DNA of 64,000 bases from Octopus bimaculoides (lineage: Eukaryota), in NCBI RefSeq assembly GCF_001194135.2, contig NC_069008.1:17124829-17188828 (forward strand), in the 5' to 3' direction. The translations under genes were made by a program, and so were the position numbers. How positions within the stretch are numbered: the first letter of the stretch is position 1; the number at the start of each line of letters is the position of its first letter. This document shows positions 26,952-40,400 of the stretch, in pieces. The notes under the pieces are model-generated. The model saw only the letters and a program-made list of their open reading frames with translations. It had not been told where the DNA came from and searched no databases.

Positions 26952-28094
26952 GTATATATATATATACACACACACACATGCATACTCTATTTGTGTATTA
27001 AGGCTACCATTGGTTTAACGACAGCCTTGAAAACCAAGGAAATATCTTAATTGTTTTCAAGCCAATCAAATGGAGAAATGGCAACCTTAATACATGAAAC
27101 CAATGGTAGCCTTAATACAAAGAATATTTATCCATCAATATTCTCATTGTTCAACTAAGAGCATTGTCATTGATGCTATCAATCCAAGAACATATTTTTC
27201 TGGTTTCTACGAAGATACCCCAAAGTTAGCATCTGTAGCAATGGGACAAAACTGGACATCGTCTTAAACTGGTTCACACATTTACAGAAGCATTCATGTG
27301 CATGCACGCGCGCGCACTAGCATTCACACTTGACAGACATCTGTATCATTTCTACCTACCAACTTCCGTTGTCCACGCCGATAATCAACACGAAGCTGTG
27401 TAAAGACTTTGAGACACTTACCGAAGGTGCCAAGTAGTGCGACGGAACCTGGAATCAAGCGGTTCTTTTTAACGTTACAACTAAGATGCATCATTTTTAG
27501 AGGTTGGCATTTTCCATGCTCGCATCGAGAGTCAGACCCAAGATTTATTGAGGCAGATATTTCTACGGCCGGATGCCCTTCCTGACAGTGACCCCCGCCA
27601 GTTTCCAAACAAGGTAGTATTCCACGCCCCACTCCCGGCTGGACGTGTGTCTTGGAGAATACTGGGAATGCACGACATGCTTGTATAACACTGACAATTG
27701 TTTACAACAATGTGATGTCAAGAGGAGACACAAACACATATGTATGCACACACACACCCACATATATATATATATATACACACACATGCATTTATATTAA
27801 TACATATTATGTATACACACATATATGCATTTATATATACATACTCTCTCTCTCTTTTCCTCACCCTCTCTTACTATCCTATGTATCTCTCTCTCCACCC
27901 CTACACACTCAATAAAACTATATAAAGAGACCCTCCACAAGGTCTTCTCAAAACAATTTGAAAATCCTACATGATTAGGTGAAAAGCGCTTTATTTAATA
28001 TGTGACATTAATAAAAATCTGTAAATGTACAAACATCCAGATTTCCGAGTACCTTAATTTTTTTCTATATATACACACACACACATATATGTGC

Positions 28095-28148
<54 letters not shown>

Positions 28149-30824
28149 CAGGCTTCTTTCAGTTTCCATCTATCAAATCCACTCATAAGGTTTTGGTCAG
28201 CTCAAGGTTATAGTAGGAGACACTTGCCAAGGTGCTACGCACAAGGAACTATGTGGTTGGAAAGCAAACTTCTTACCACACAGACAACAGACACCTATAT
28301 GCTCACACACACATTTATCTTTAATTGGATATTCTGCTCATTATGAAGGTGTGTTTGAGTGCTTAATGCTTTGAACAAAATTAAGGAACGGCATCAAAGA
28401 TCTTTGGTACAGTGAAAAAAAATCTCAGTGTTACGCCCTAAGTAACCTTAACAATGGAAGGAAATCAAACAATCAAATTCAATGACTCAATGTTACAAAG
28501 ATCAATAAATCTGTGCACAGAACTAAAAGTAAAAAAAACATTCATGGGGCAAGGAATTTTCCAAACCCCCTGCTAATAGTTCTAAATTGGAATTGGTTGA
28601 TAAATATGTAAAAAAAAAAAAAAAGAATCCAAGAATAAAGAAAGAAAAAAAAAACAGTATTTAAACTGGCCGTATTTGGCCCTAATATTCTACCTGTATT
28701 ATGCTCAGACTGTCCAGATCTGACCTCTCACACCTACCCTGAAATATTCTAAATATAAACAATCACATCGGTGCAGGAGTGGCTGTGTGGTAAGAAGCCT
28801 GCTTTCCAACCACATGGTTCTGGCTTCAGTCCCACTGCATGGCACCTTGGGCAAGTGTCTTCTACTATAGCCTTGGGCCGACCAAAGCCTTGTGAGTGGA
28901 TTTGGCAGATGGAAACTGAAAGAAGCCCGTCATATATATATATATAAACTGTTGTATTAAATTATTTAACTACTCTACCTTTACCCATATATACCCCTGG
29001 TTGCGTTTTCACAACGCAAAGCCTACTCCTACTTGCTTGGACATGAACTCGCTGGGAAGCATCTGAGCACACGGAATGTTCCGTAGGTAGTGGACACCCA
29101 TAGCTAACAGCTGCATACTGTCCTTCTCTTCCAGATTGTGAAAGCTTACCATAACATTTAATCTAAATACAATGAAATTTGAAGACTTCATTATTTTTTT
29201 ATGGGTTAAATTGAACACATGTGCTTGGTGTGCACTCTCTCAAAGAGCAAAGTATGAGATCCAAGAACAAAACATGAGGGAGCTGGCTGGCTGAAGAAGA
29301 TTCAAGGACCCCCTCCCCCGACACCCACAAATTTTGCATTTCATTTGGACACAGATAAGTGTGGGCTGGAACATTTAATTAGTTGATATTACACCAATAC
29401 TGAAAAGGGAAGTCATTAACATTAATCGACACTTCTTGTCAATGAAGGCAAGGGAGATAATTCTGAAATTTAAATTAATTAAAAATTAAATGCAGAAAAT
29501 GTAGAGGGAGAAGGGGCATAATCTAACAGTCCATATGAAATACTAGGAAATTTTTTCCAATGTTATTTATTTAAAATCTTTTAACTGGTAAAAATATAAA
29601 CTTGTTGACTAGCTACCTGACAAAGACTAAGATGAATTAACATGTCATCAGACTCAGCTTCACTGAAGAGGTTCAACAAATGTTTTAACGAATGTAATAA
29701 CGAGATTTGTTTTGAAATTCACATTTAAACATCAGTGGGTTCACTCAACTAAGTTGGTCGTTTGAGCCAAAAATTTTTTCGGTCAACAGCGGCCGGGGTT
29801 GATAACAAAAGGGTTAAGGGTATGCATGTCTGCATGTTCCATTGATTGGATCAGCCGGAACACTCATCGCTATAAAATGACAGAGAGCCTGGCCAAATCA
29901 CATACCAGTCTACTGCAGTGAATTAGCAGAAAGAAAAGGCAGAGCGTCAGACGAAATGCCTTGCGGTATAATGTTTTGGTTCCATGTATGCAGAGTTCAA
30001 TCTCCACTGCTGTCAGTCACCACGGGGAGGTGATAGAAGATACAACTCTGTAATGGACTGCAACTCACTGATTAAGAATTCTTTTGCGCTTGATACATTA
30101 AAGTGTCTTAACCAGTACTTGACTATGTGTCCTTTATGCATAAGGCATCCATGAGAAAATTTTTAGAGGTATTTTTTTATACAAAGATACATCATTGTGT
30201 TATACACATACATGCACACACATACACATAGATATACACATTTCTTAGACATGTAACTACATGGGTACGAACGTGTAGTGACACGAATGTAAAAGCCAGA
30301 CAAGGACTTAATAATTCACATTTTTATGTGTGTGTATATGTGTATACACACACACACACACACACAAATACCCATATATACACATCTTCACATTCATATA
30401 TTGTCATATACCTCTATACACATACATACACATGTATATATACATACATATACAGTTATACACATGAACACACACACATATATACTCACACAAACACAAA
30501 TACACATATATACACACATGCACATTCACACGTGTTCACAGACTATATTTCTTATACAGATCAGCACACAACATGCACACACACACACACAACCACACAT
30601 ATAATAATGTGCCTATTACTGACAGAGTGAAAGTTAACCAACTGGAAGCCACCACATCACATGAGAGGTAAAGTAGTTGTGGAAGGATGTTCTCTATCCG
30701 AAATATTGCCACAACTGGGGGGGGGGATATTTACTGAAGCACTGGTGATCCATCCTAAGCTTCCTGTAAATAATAACATGGCATATAGAGAGAGGTAGGT
30801 AGGGGGTGAGGGAGACTGAAAGAG

Positions 30825-30861
<37 letters not shown>

Positions 30862-31581
30862 AGAAGGTCTAGAAAAGTGAAAGAAAGAGTGGGAGGGGAC
30901 TGAGGCTGAAATAAAGAAAGAGTAAAAGAAAGGAGAGAGAGAGAGAGAGAGTGAGTTATACAGAAATTAAAAAAAGGAGGGATTGAGACAGAGGAGTCGA
31001 ACAGGNNNNNNNNNNNNNNNNNNNNNNNNNNNNNNNNNNNNNNNNNNNNNNNNNNNNNNNNNNNNNNNNNNNNNNNNNNNNNNNNNNNNNNNNNNNNNNN
31101 NNNNNNNNNNNNNNNNNNNNNNNNNNNNNNNNNNNNNNNNNNNNNNNNNNNNNNNNNNNNNNNNNNNNNNNNNNNNNNNNNNNNNNNNNNNNNNNNNNNN
31201 NNNNNNNNNNNNNNNNNNNNNNNNNNNNNNNNNNNNNNNNNNNNNNNNNNNNNNNNNNNNNNNNNNNNNNNNNNNNNNNNNNNNNNNNNNNNNNNNNNNN
31301 NNNNNNNNNNNNNNNNNNNNNNNNNNNNNNNNNNNNNNNNNNNNNNNNNNNNNNNNNNNNNNNNNNNNNNNNNNNNNNNNNNNNNNNNNNNNNNNNNNNN
31401 NNNNNNNNNNNNNNNNNNNNNNNNNNNNNNNNNNNNNNNNNNNNNNNNNNNNNNNNNNNNNNNNNNNNNNNNNNNNNNNNNNNNNNNNNNNNNNNNNNNN
31501 NNNNNNNNNNNNNNNNNNNNNNNNNNNNNNNNNNNNNNNNNNNNNNNNNNNNNNNNNNNNNNNNNNNNNNNNNNNNNNNNN

Positions 31582-31621
<40 letters not shown>

Positions 31622-32785
31622 ACTGGATCTAGCAGACTCTGCAAACGCAACCTTCAAGGTTCGAAGAAGGGGAGCGCAGCTGCAGCAATGCATTCTGCGA
31701 TGCAGAGAGCAAAATACGGAGGCTGGTAAGACATCTTGGTCATTCACTATGTCCGTCTCCATCGCCAGTCATCTTACCCTGGTTATAAACCATTTTTTTT
31801 TCTATATTCATGGAGGCAATGTGGCCGATGCTGATGTTGCATAGCTAGCACCTGTGCTGGTGGCACATAAAATGCACCTTTCAAGCGCCGGGCCTCATGG
31901 AAGAAATGACAAATGACCGAGACCTTTGGCCAAATGCTGTGCTTGAGAAGACCCATCAAGCCAAGTGAAATCATAGCCATGGTAGATACTGGTGTCGCGC
32001 ATCTGGCACCTGTGCCAGTGGCACGTAATAGCATGCATTACACTCTCAGGAGTGGTTGGTGTTAGGAAGGGCATCCAGCTGTAGAAACCTTGCGAAATCA
32101 GACTGGAGTCTGGTACAGCCCTTCAGCTTACCAGCTCAGGTCAAACTGTCCAACCCATGCCAGCATGGACAACAGACGTTAAATGACGACAATGATGATA
32201 ACGACCCCTTTCGTTACTATTTTAATTTGGTGGACCCCTATAACCATTCAATATTTTAAAATTAGTTTCATGCTATTTCGTTATTCACACATTCCCTTCT
32301 GTAGGTTGAACTCTGTAAAATGTTAGAGAAAGAAACCCAGCTGTTTCTTGCGATACATACATTCTAATCCAAAGTTTTCATGGACCCTTACAACACTACT
32401 TTGGATCCCCTACCAGTTATTCCCAAGAACGACTCTCCTTTTAAGGTGGCAAGCTGGGCAAAATGCTTAGCGGTATTTTGTCTGTCTTTACATTCTGAGT
32501 TCAAATTCTGCAGAGGTCAACTTTACCTTTCATCCTTTTGGGGTCAATAAATTAAGTACCAGTTACGCACTGGGGATCATTGTAATCGACTTAATCCATT
32601 TGTTTGTCCTTGTTTGTCGCCTCTATGTTTAGCCCCTTGTGGGCAATAAAGAAATAAGAAATAAGAATGACTCGATGGTTTTCATCACACCAATGGATGA
32701 ACATTTACTGTGTGTATAGAGAGAGAGGAAGAGAAGAAGGTATAAATGACAGAGAGAAGACGGGGAGAGAGAAACTGCTTGTGTT

Positions 32786-32831
<46 letters not shown>

Positions 32832-34383
32832 AAGAGAGAGAGAGAGAGAGAGAAAAGAAAAAAGAGAGAGACTTACAATTTGATTCTTCATCCACGTCGT
32901 CTACTTCGACCCAGTCCACGTCTGGCTTCTGTGTGTAACAAGTCTTCTTGATGCAGTATACCATGTGATTAGCTGAGGAGCACCGCAGCAGAGGAGAAGG
33001 AGGAGGAACAAAAAGGAAACATCAATGAACAAGGCATGAACACCGCCACCCACACGTACGTACGGCACAACACAGCATTTACATACGGCTTTCACACCGA
33101 CTTTACCTTGAACGGACAACATGGAGAGGAGAGAGAGAAACATCATTGCGAAGTCTCTTCTGTACTTGAATAATCAGGACAGAGACGGAGCACCAATAGT
33201 GTCACTCCAACCTGCCAGAAATAGCAACCAAATCTCCCTCAAATTACATCCAAAATTCTAGTTAAATTCCCTCAAACAGCTAGATTTCTGTTATAAGCCT
33301 TAAGTTACATGGAGCCATTATTTCCATTCATATTATATCTTCTCAGAATATATATATAATAATATTAGGGACAAAATCCAAAATTACAGGTAAAAACTCA
33401 TTTAAAATCAATTTATAAAAAATTAAAATCAAATTGAGCTTTATAGATTATAATATATATAAAAATATATAGTTTTAGGGANNNNNNNNNNNNNNNNNNN
33501 NNNNNNNNNNNNNNNNNNNNNNNNNNNNNNNNNNNNNNNNNNNNNNNNNNNNNNNNNNNNNNNNNNNNNNNNNNNNNNNNNNNNNNNNNNNNNNNNNNNN
33601 NNNNNNNNNNNNNNNNNNNNNNNNNNNNNNNNNNNNNNNNNNNNNNNNNNNNNNNNNNNNNNNNNNNNNNNNNNNNNNNNNNNNNNNNNNNNNNNNNNNN
33701 NNNNNNNNNNNNNNNNNNNNNNNNNNNNNNNNNNNNNNNNNNNNNNNNNNNNNNNNNNNNNNNNNNNNNNNNNNNNNNNNNNNNNNNNNNNNNNNNNNNN
33801 NNNNNNNNNNNNNNNNNNNNNNNNNNNNNNNNNNNNNNNNNNNNNNNNNNNNNNNNNNNNNNNNNNNNNNNNNNNNNNNNNNNNNNNNNNNNNNNNNNNN
33901 NNNNNNNNNNNNNNNNNNNNNNNNNNNNNNNNNNNNNNNNNNNNNNNNNNNNNNNNNNNNNNNNNNNNNNNNNNNNNNNNNNNNNNNNNNNNNNNNNNNN
34001 NNNNNNNNNNNNNNNNNNNNNNNNNNNNNNNNNNNNNNNNNNNNNNNNNNNNNNNNNNNNNNNNNNNNNNNNNNNNNNNNNNNNNNNNNNNNNNNNNNNN
34101 NNNNNNNNNNNNNNNNNNNNNNNNNNNNNNNNNNNNNNNNNNNNNNNNNNNNNNNNNNNNNNNNNNNNNNNNNNNNNNNNNNNNNNNNNNNNNNNNNNNN
34201 NNNNNNNNNNNNNNNNNNNNNNNNNNNNNNNNNNACTTTAAGAAGAACGTTAGTGGTTGGTCGGAGCATAGGCATATAGACGAGTGTGTGTGTGTGTGTG
34301 TGTGTGTGCATGACTTTTGTATGTGAGTAAATGAATGAGTTAGTCATTTGTGTGTATACATGGCTGTGCAAACATGCATGTGC

Positions 34384-34422
<39 letters not shown>

Positions 34423-37400
34423 TGTGCACACACACAAGCACACGCACTTATATGTACATCGTGCTGGAGTAAGAGAAATGGAATCAGTACAGTGATGTAG
34501 AAATATCTAGAAAAATGAACAGAGTTTGTGATGATGGTGACGATGATGATGGATGGATGCTGTGGTGGTGGTGGTGGTGGTGGTAGTAATATCGGATGAG
34601 ACAAGAGACAAGAAGAGAACAGTGAAAGAGATGAAATGAGACAAGACATACAATGTGAAATCAGATGACAAAATGATGACGATGACGACGATGACAAGCG
34701 ATGATTACAAAGTCCCTTACCGGAAGTGTCCGGCAGTGTTCATGTTGGCTTTGCATTCGATACATTTATAAGTCTCCATGTATTCGGGTAGCTTCATTCC
34801 ATGGTAGTCCATAACTTTGGTGAGTGCAGGGGCATTCAATGACTTCACCCCTTTGTCTTTAGACGGGGCCACACCCGGCTCCGGTACTTTTATCATCACT
34901 TGGTCAGGGGTCGTGTATTTGGCATTCATACCTGCAGAGACACAGACAGACAGTATAGAGATATAGATTTCGATTTCAAATTTTGGCACAAAGCCAGCGT
35001 TTTCGAAGAGAGGGGGTAAGTTGATTACATCAATCCCAGTATGCAACTGGTACTTATTTTATCGACCCTTAAAGGATGAACGGCAAAGTCAACCTCAGCA
35101 GAATTTGAACTCAGAACATAAAGACAGACACAATGCCATTACGCATGTTGATGACGATGATGATGATGACAATGACAATGATGATGGTGACGATGACGAC
35201 GATGGTGTTGATGAGGGTGATGATGACAACAACAATGATGATGGTGATGATGACGAGGTGATGAAGATGAGATGACAATGATGACGGTGGTGTTGACAAC
35301 GGTGATGATGGAGATAACAATGGAGATGATGTTGGTAATGATGACAACAACAACAATGATGATGGAGATAATGATGATGATGATGACAACAACAATGATG
35401 ATGATGGTGACAATAAGATGACAGTATAAAAGAAAGATGAAGGCAAACAAAAACGAATGAACGAAAGAGTAGGCTAGGGTCACTCACCTATGACTCCCTT
35501 TTGGTTCGACTGGTGGTCCTTCTTGCGGTGAGCCTTCACTTCCAAAGAATTGAAGAATGTCAGCTTACATATGGGACATTTTCGAGAATTCGTCTTGGAC
35601 TGATGTTTCAGGAGGTGGTGATAGTACATTTGGGTCTGACCCCAGCCATTGGCCACGAATTTAACACGGAATATCTTCAAACAGTACAGACACAGGATGA
35701 ATGGAGAACTGTCATGTTTCTGAAATGCAAACATGACCATCGGTCAGAGAAATACAGGGAGAAACGAACAGATGACCGGAGGGTCTGAGAAGCTAAGACT
35801 TGTTGTTTTAACAAACAGCCAGAAGTTTAAAAAAAACAAACCAGACATTGTCCTAACAGCAAGATGACTATGAGGTCAGATCGGCTAACAGACATGTTTT
35901 AACAAATAGTCAGATGGGCAGGAGGTTTGGGCCTCAAGGAGGCAATGTGGCCAGTGCCGGTGTCGTGTAACTAACACCCATGCTGGTGGCATATAAAAAG
36001 CATCTATTGAGCACTGGGCCTCACAGAGGCAATGGCAAATGACCGAAACCTTTGGAATACGCCGTGCTTGAGAAGAAGATCCATCAGGTCAAGTGAATCA
36101 TAGTCGTGGTAGATACTGGCGTAAAAAAATGAAAGTTCAACCCCCACCTGCTGAAAAAACCAAAACATAAAAAAAAGAAAAAAAAAAGAACTTACCTTCT
36201 TGAAGTGGTCGACTGCGTCACTGTACATGGATGAGCGGAAATTGCACATTTGACAAATATATGGCATCTCGCACGCTGTGTGCACTTGGCGCATGTGATT
36301 GGTTAACGCAAGTCGACTGTCATGGTCCTTCTCGCAGATGCGACACAGGAGCACGTTGGCATTGTTCATATGGACCTGGTCAGAGCAGAGAGAGAGAGAG
36401 AGAGAGAGAGAGGAGACAGGTTAATGACTATTGTTTGACCAAATGCAGTGCTGCAGCATGGCCACAGTGAAACAAATAAAAGGACAGAGAGTGCTTACCT
36501 TCTCAATGTGAGTTTGCATTTCAAAAGGAGTATCAAACTGTTTGTAGCAATGTTTACACTGGGTGAGGTCGCTGAGGTCAAGATTCTGTTGTTTCTCGCT
36601 GTCAATATGACCCTGCATGTGCATCATGGTGCGCACGTTATTGTACAACATCTTGGAACAATACCAACACTGCAATACAACAAGAACAACAAATTAGAAG
36701 AGAACAAAGCGATAGCCATGGAGATAGAAAAGAGTGCAGTGGGTGCTTTGCGTTTCTGACATGGTGCTAGCCCCAGCGAGGTTTGCTTTGGCAGGTTTTC
36801 TGTAGCTAGATGCCCTTCCTAATGCCAACGAGCACTTTACAGAGAGGACCGAGCACCTACCACATGGCACCGGTGTGACAAAGGTCCCTCAAGTGAGAGG
36901 AGGTGTGCTACTGAATGAGGGCGGGGGGCTTTGTGACAGGTGATGAGAGATTAAAGCAGCGGGTGGGAAACGCCCACCTGCAGGCACAATTGCACCTGCA
37001 AACCCATTTTATTGCGCCTGCAGGATGGTATACTCATATGAACAAAATATAGTAAATTTTCCAATTATAAAATTTATGTGATACTTCGGCAGACTTTTAA
37101 CTCAGAAAGTTAACCTGGGCAAAACGCCATTATGCATTTTGCCCCCTATATTAAAGATTCTACTCCCTTAAGAATAAAAAAAAAGGGGGAGCTTACCTTA
37201 AATCTGTGTTCTCCTTTCTCTTCCCAATAATTTGGGTCACCTTCCATTTTGCCATAATAATATTCATCCAGTGGGACCCAGTTTCCTGAAAGAAGGTAAA
37301 AAAACACAAAATAAAAATGAAGTCCCCCAAAAACAGGGGCACAGGTTCAATCCTCAGATGTGATGCACACACGGCATTTTAACCCTTAGTATTTAAAGTG

Positions 37401-40400
37401 GCCAGATCCAGCTTATCACACTTACCCTACAGTGTCATTCTAAAAACAAACAATCCCATCATTGAAATCTCAAAGCCATGAGATAATCCAGGATTAATTG
37501 TAAACAATGTGAATAAATAAGCATTACAATTTGGTGTAGTAATCTGAATGCTAAAGGGTTAAAATAGGGACCACGTGAACCAATGAGGGGGCTTCTATGT
37601 AGTCATTTGGCCTTACACAATGTAACAGCCAAATCTCCCCTCAACAAACTCCCTACTCTCTTTAACCGTTTAACATGTAAACCAGCCATATCCAGGGACC
37701 AAATATTCTGCTTGTTATATGTTCAAACTGGCCAGATCCAGCCTCTCACACTTATCCTACAATGTCATTCTAAAAATAAACAATCACATCATCAAAATTT
37801 CAAAGCTATGAAATAATGAATGAGTAATTAAAACAACATGTTGACAGAGTAATCATCATCATCATCATCATCGTCTAACGTCCATCTTCCATGCATCCAT
37901 GGATAGGACGGTTGACAGGAGCCAGCCAGGCATGATGACCAATGACAACAAAACCAGAACATAATTCACCCACCCCCCACCCCTTCCTGAACAACTACTG
38001 CCCCCTGTTGACCAAAAGAGAAGAAACTGACCGGCAGAGGAATCTGTTGAAGTTTTTCGCTGCACCTTCTTTTTGGGTGGGGACTGGGCCGAATCTGTGT
38101 CTGCTGCCCGTTTCAGTGTTGTCGAGGCAGTGTCCAAGGGATCGGTTTTCTTGAAGCCATAGCCGATGGTGTTGGCACTGGTGGTCCCTTGGTCACTTTG
38201 GCCGAGGCTGCTGTTGTTGTTGTTGTTGCTGCTGTTTCCACTTCCAACTTGTCTGTGATTGGCAGCGGAGAGCAAAGAAGAGATAGCCTTTGGTAAAATC
38301 AGGGAGTGTTGCTGCGACAGGGAACTGTTTTCCCCTGTGGGAGAGAAAAAAGGTCAGAGGTTAGAGGAGACAACGGAGGGGGGTGGGGCGAAAGGTCGAG
38401 TGAGTGGTCAGAGGCTGGAAAAAGCGAGGTGAAATGGTCAAGTGATGATAAGGTTAGCAGTCAAAGGAAAAGAGAGAGGTCAAGTAAACAAGTGAGATGA
38501 GGTCAGAGGTTAGGTTAGAGCGGTGGTCAAATGGACAGAGATAAACAAACTAGAAAGACAAACAGACAGCTAGCTAGATAGACTGACAGACACCTAGACA
38601 GACAAATAAGACTGACAAACAGACAGACAGACAGACAAAACAGGAAGATTAGACAGAAGGAGAATGTTAAACGAAGAAAAAAATTTTTTAATGAAGGCAA
38701 AGCATTAATAAAAAACATGAAGCATAAACTTACCAGGTTTCCGCATTTGTCCCTGGACTTTTCCGAGAGACATGTTTCCCGCAAGATTTTTATTGAGGGT
38801 GTTGGCAGTGAGCATGGAGTTTGAAAGAGAAGAGCGCTGTAATTGGTTAGCATGAAGTTGGGACTGGAGGAAAAAAGAAAGAGAACAGTAATTTTAAGAT
38901 AAACTCACAAAATGACGGGATACGAAGGGATTCAGAAGTTCAGTTAACATTCAACTCTTTAGCATTCGGATTACTCTGTCAAACACAGTAATTATTTGGA
39001 ATTAAACATGAATTATCTTCCAGCTGCATCTTCTTGTGTGTGTGTGTGTGTGTGTGTGTATACACACGCGACAGGCTTCTTTCAGTGTCTGTCTATGAAA
39101 TCCGCTCACAAGGCTTTGGTTGGCCTGAGGCCATAGTAAAGGATACTTGCCCAAGGTTCCACACAGGGAGACTGAACCCCGAACTATGTGGTTGGGAAGC
39201 AAGCTTCTTACCACAGAGCCACAAAAGTGAAAAGCACACACACACACACACAAACACATTTTCACTTATACACACACGATTCACACTTACACACACACAC
39301 ACAAAAAAAACAAACAAACACACAAACATATAGACACACTTACCTTCAGAAGCTGTGTCGAACCCATTCTAGATTGCTGAACCTGGTTTGGAATTCGGGT
39401 CGCTGGCGTCTCACCAACAATGATCACATCAGGGGATTTACTCCTAGGAAGGGCTGAAAGATAATAACATAAACAGTTACCCTCAGGGCAGGCTTCTGGG
39501 TGGTGAGTAGTTTGCACACCCCGGAGGCTCGATATTGCAATGTTCCACGGTCAACAATGGAGTGTGCCACGCAGTTTTAAAACTATCTATCCATGCGTGA
39601 ACATGTTGGAAAGTAGGTTAACAATTTGATTGCACACAGCTACACAATCAATCTTTTCACACCTACCTGGCCAAGACATATCCAGGTTCTAAGAGAGACA
39701 AAAAACTTCCTGTTTAAAAGTGATCTAAATTAAAGCCTCCACCCACAAGATTAATAATGACAAAGTTATTTTAATAAATTCGCCATTATTGTCAAAATTA
39801 ATTGCAAGAAAGAGAAAGTATTTCAACAGAAATATGATAAGTCATCATCATCATCATTCAACATCTGTTTTCCATGCTGGCATGGGTTGGACAGTTTGAT
39901 AGGAGCTGACCAGCTGAAGGGCTATCCAGGCCCCATGTTGGTGTGGTTTCTATGGCTGGATGCCCTTCCTAATGCCAACTACTTTACAGAGTGGCACTGG
40001 GTTCTTGTACGCAGCATCGACACGGGTGGTTGTTACGTGGGACCAGCCCCTACAAGCCTGCAAGACTAGGGATGCTCAGCTGGAGAGGGTTGCAGGGGAC
40101 AAGCCCGTATGCGAGGGCAACCATGCTTTTTTTTACTAGCTTGACATGTCAAAGGATTTCAACAGAAAAAGGGTAACAAAAGGGTTAAAGGGATCTAATT
40201 TAAAACCCTCCATTAAAATGTTAAATTTATGTTCCAAACGCCCAGATTAATAATTAACAAAATTATTTTAATAAACTCTTCATTATTTTCAAAATTAATT
40301 AAAACAGCAGTGGATTTCAACAGAAATATGGTAACAAAAGGGTTAAATAACTTTATCTTTACCAAGAGGATTAACCTGGTGTTAACACTTTTGACACCGA

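Noticed and set aside
29009-29260. Protein-like minus ORF (HNLEEKDSMQLLAMGVHYLRNIP) with a gtaagc donor nearby
   Set aside because: No phase 1-to-1 exon could be built and no recognisable homology; may be a decayed element.
31620-31790. GC-rich unique stretch open in several frames
   Set aside because: No convincing splice-site pair or motif; left unassigned.
32901-33160. Cys-containing ORF (VCKCCVVPY) as the missing finger exon
   Set aside because: No finger spacing. One candidate acceptor gives an immediate TAA in the needed phase, and the other needs a weak donor and yields a hydrophobic, non-homologous peptide.
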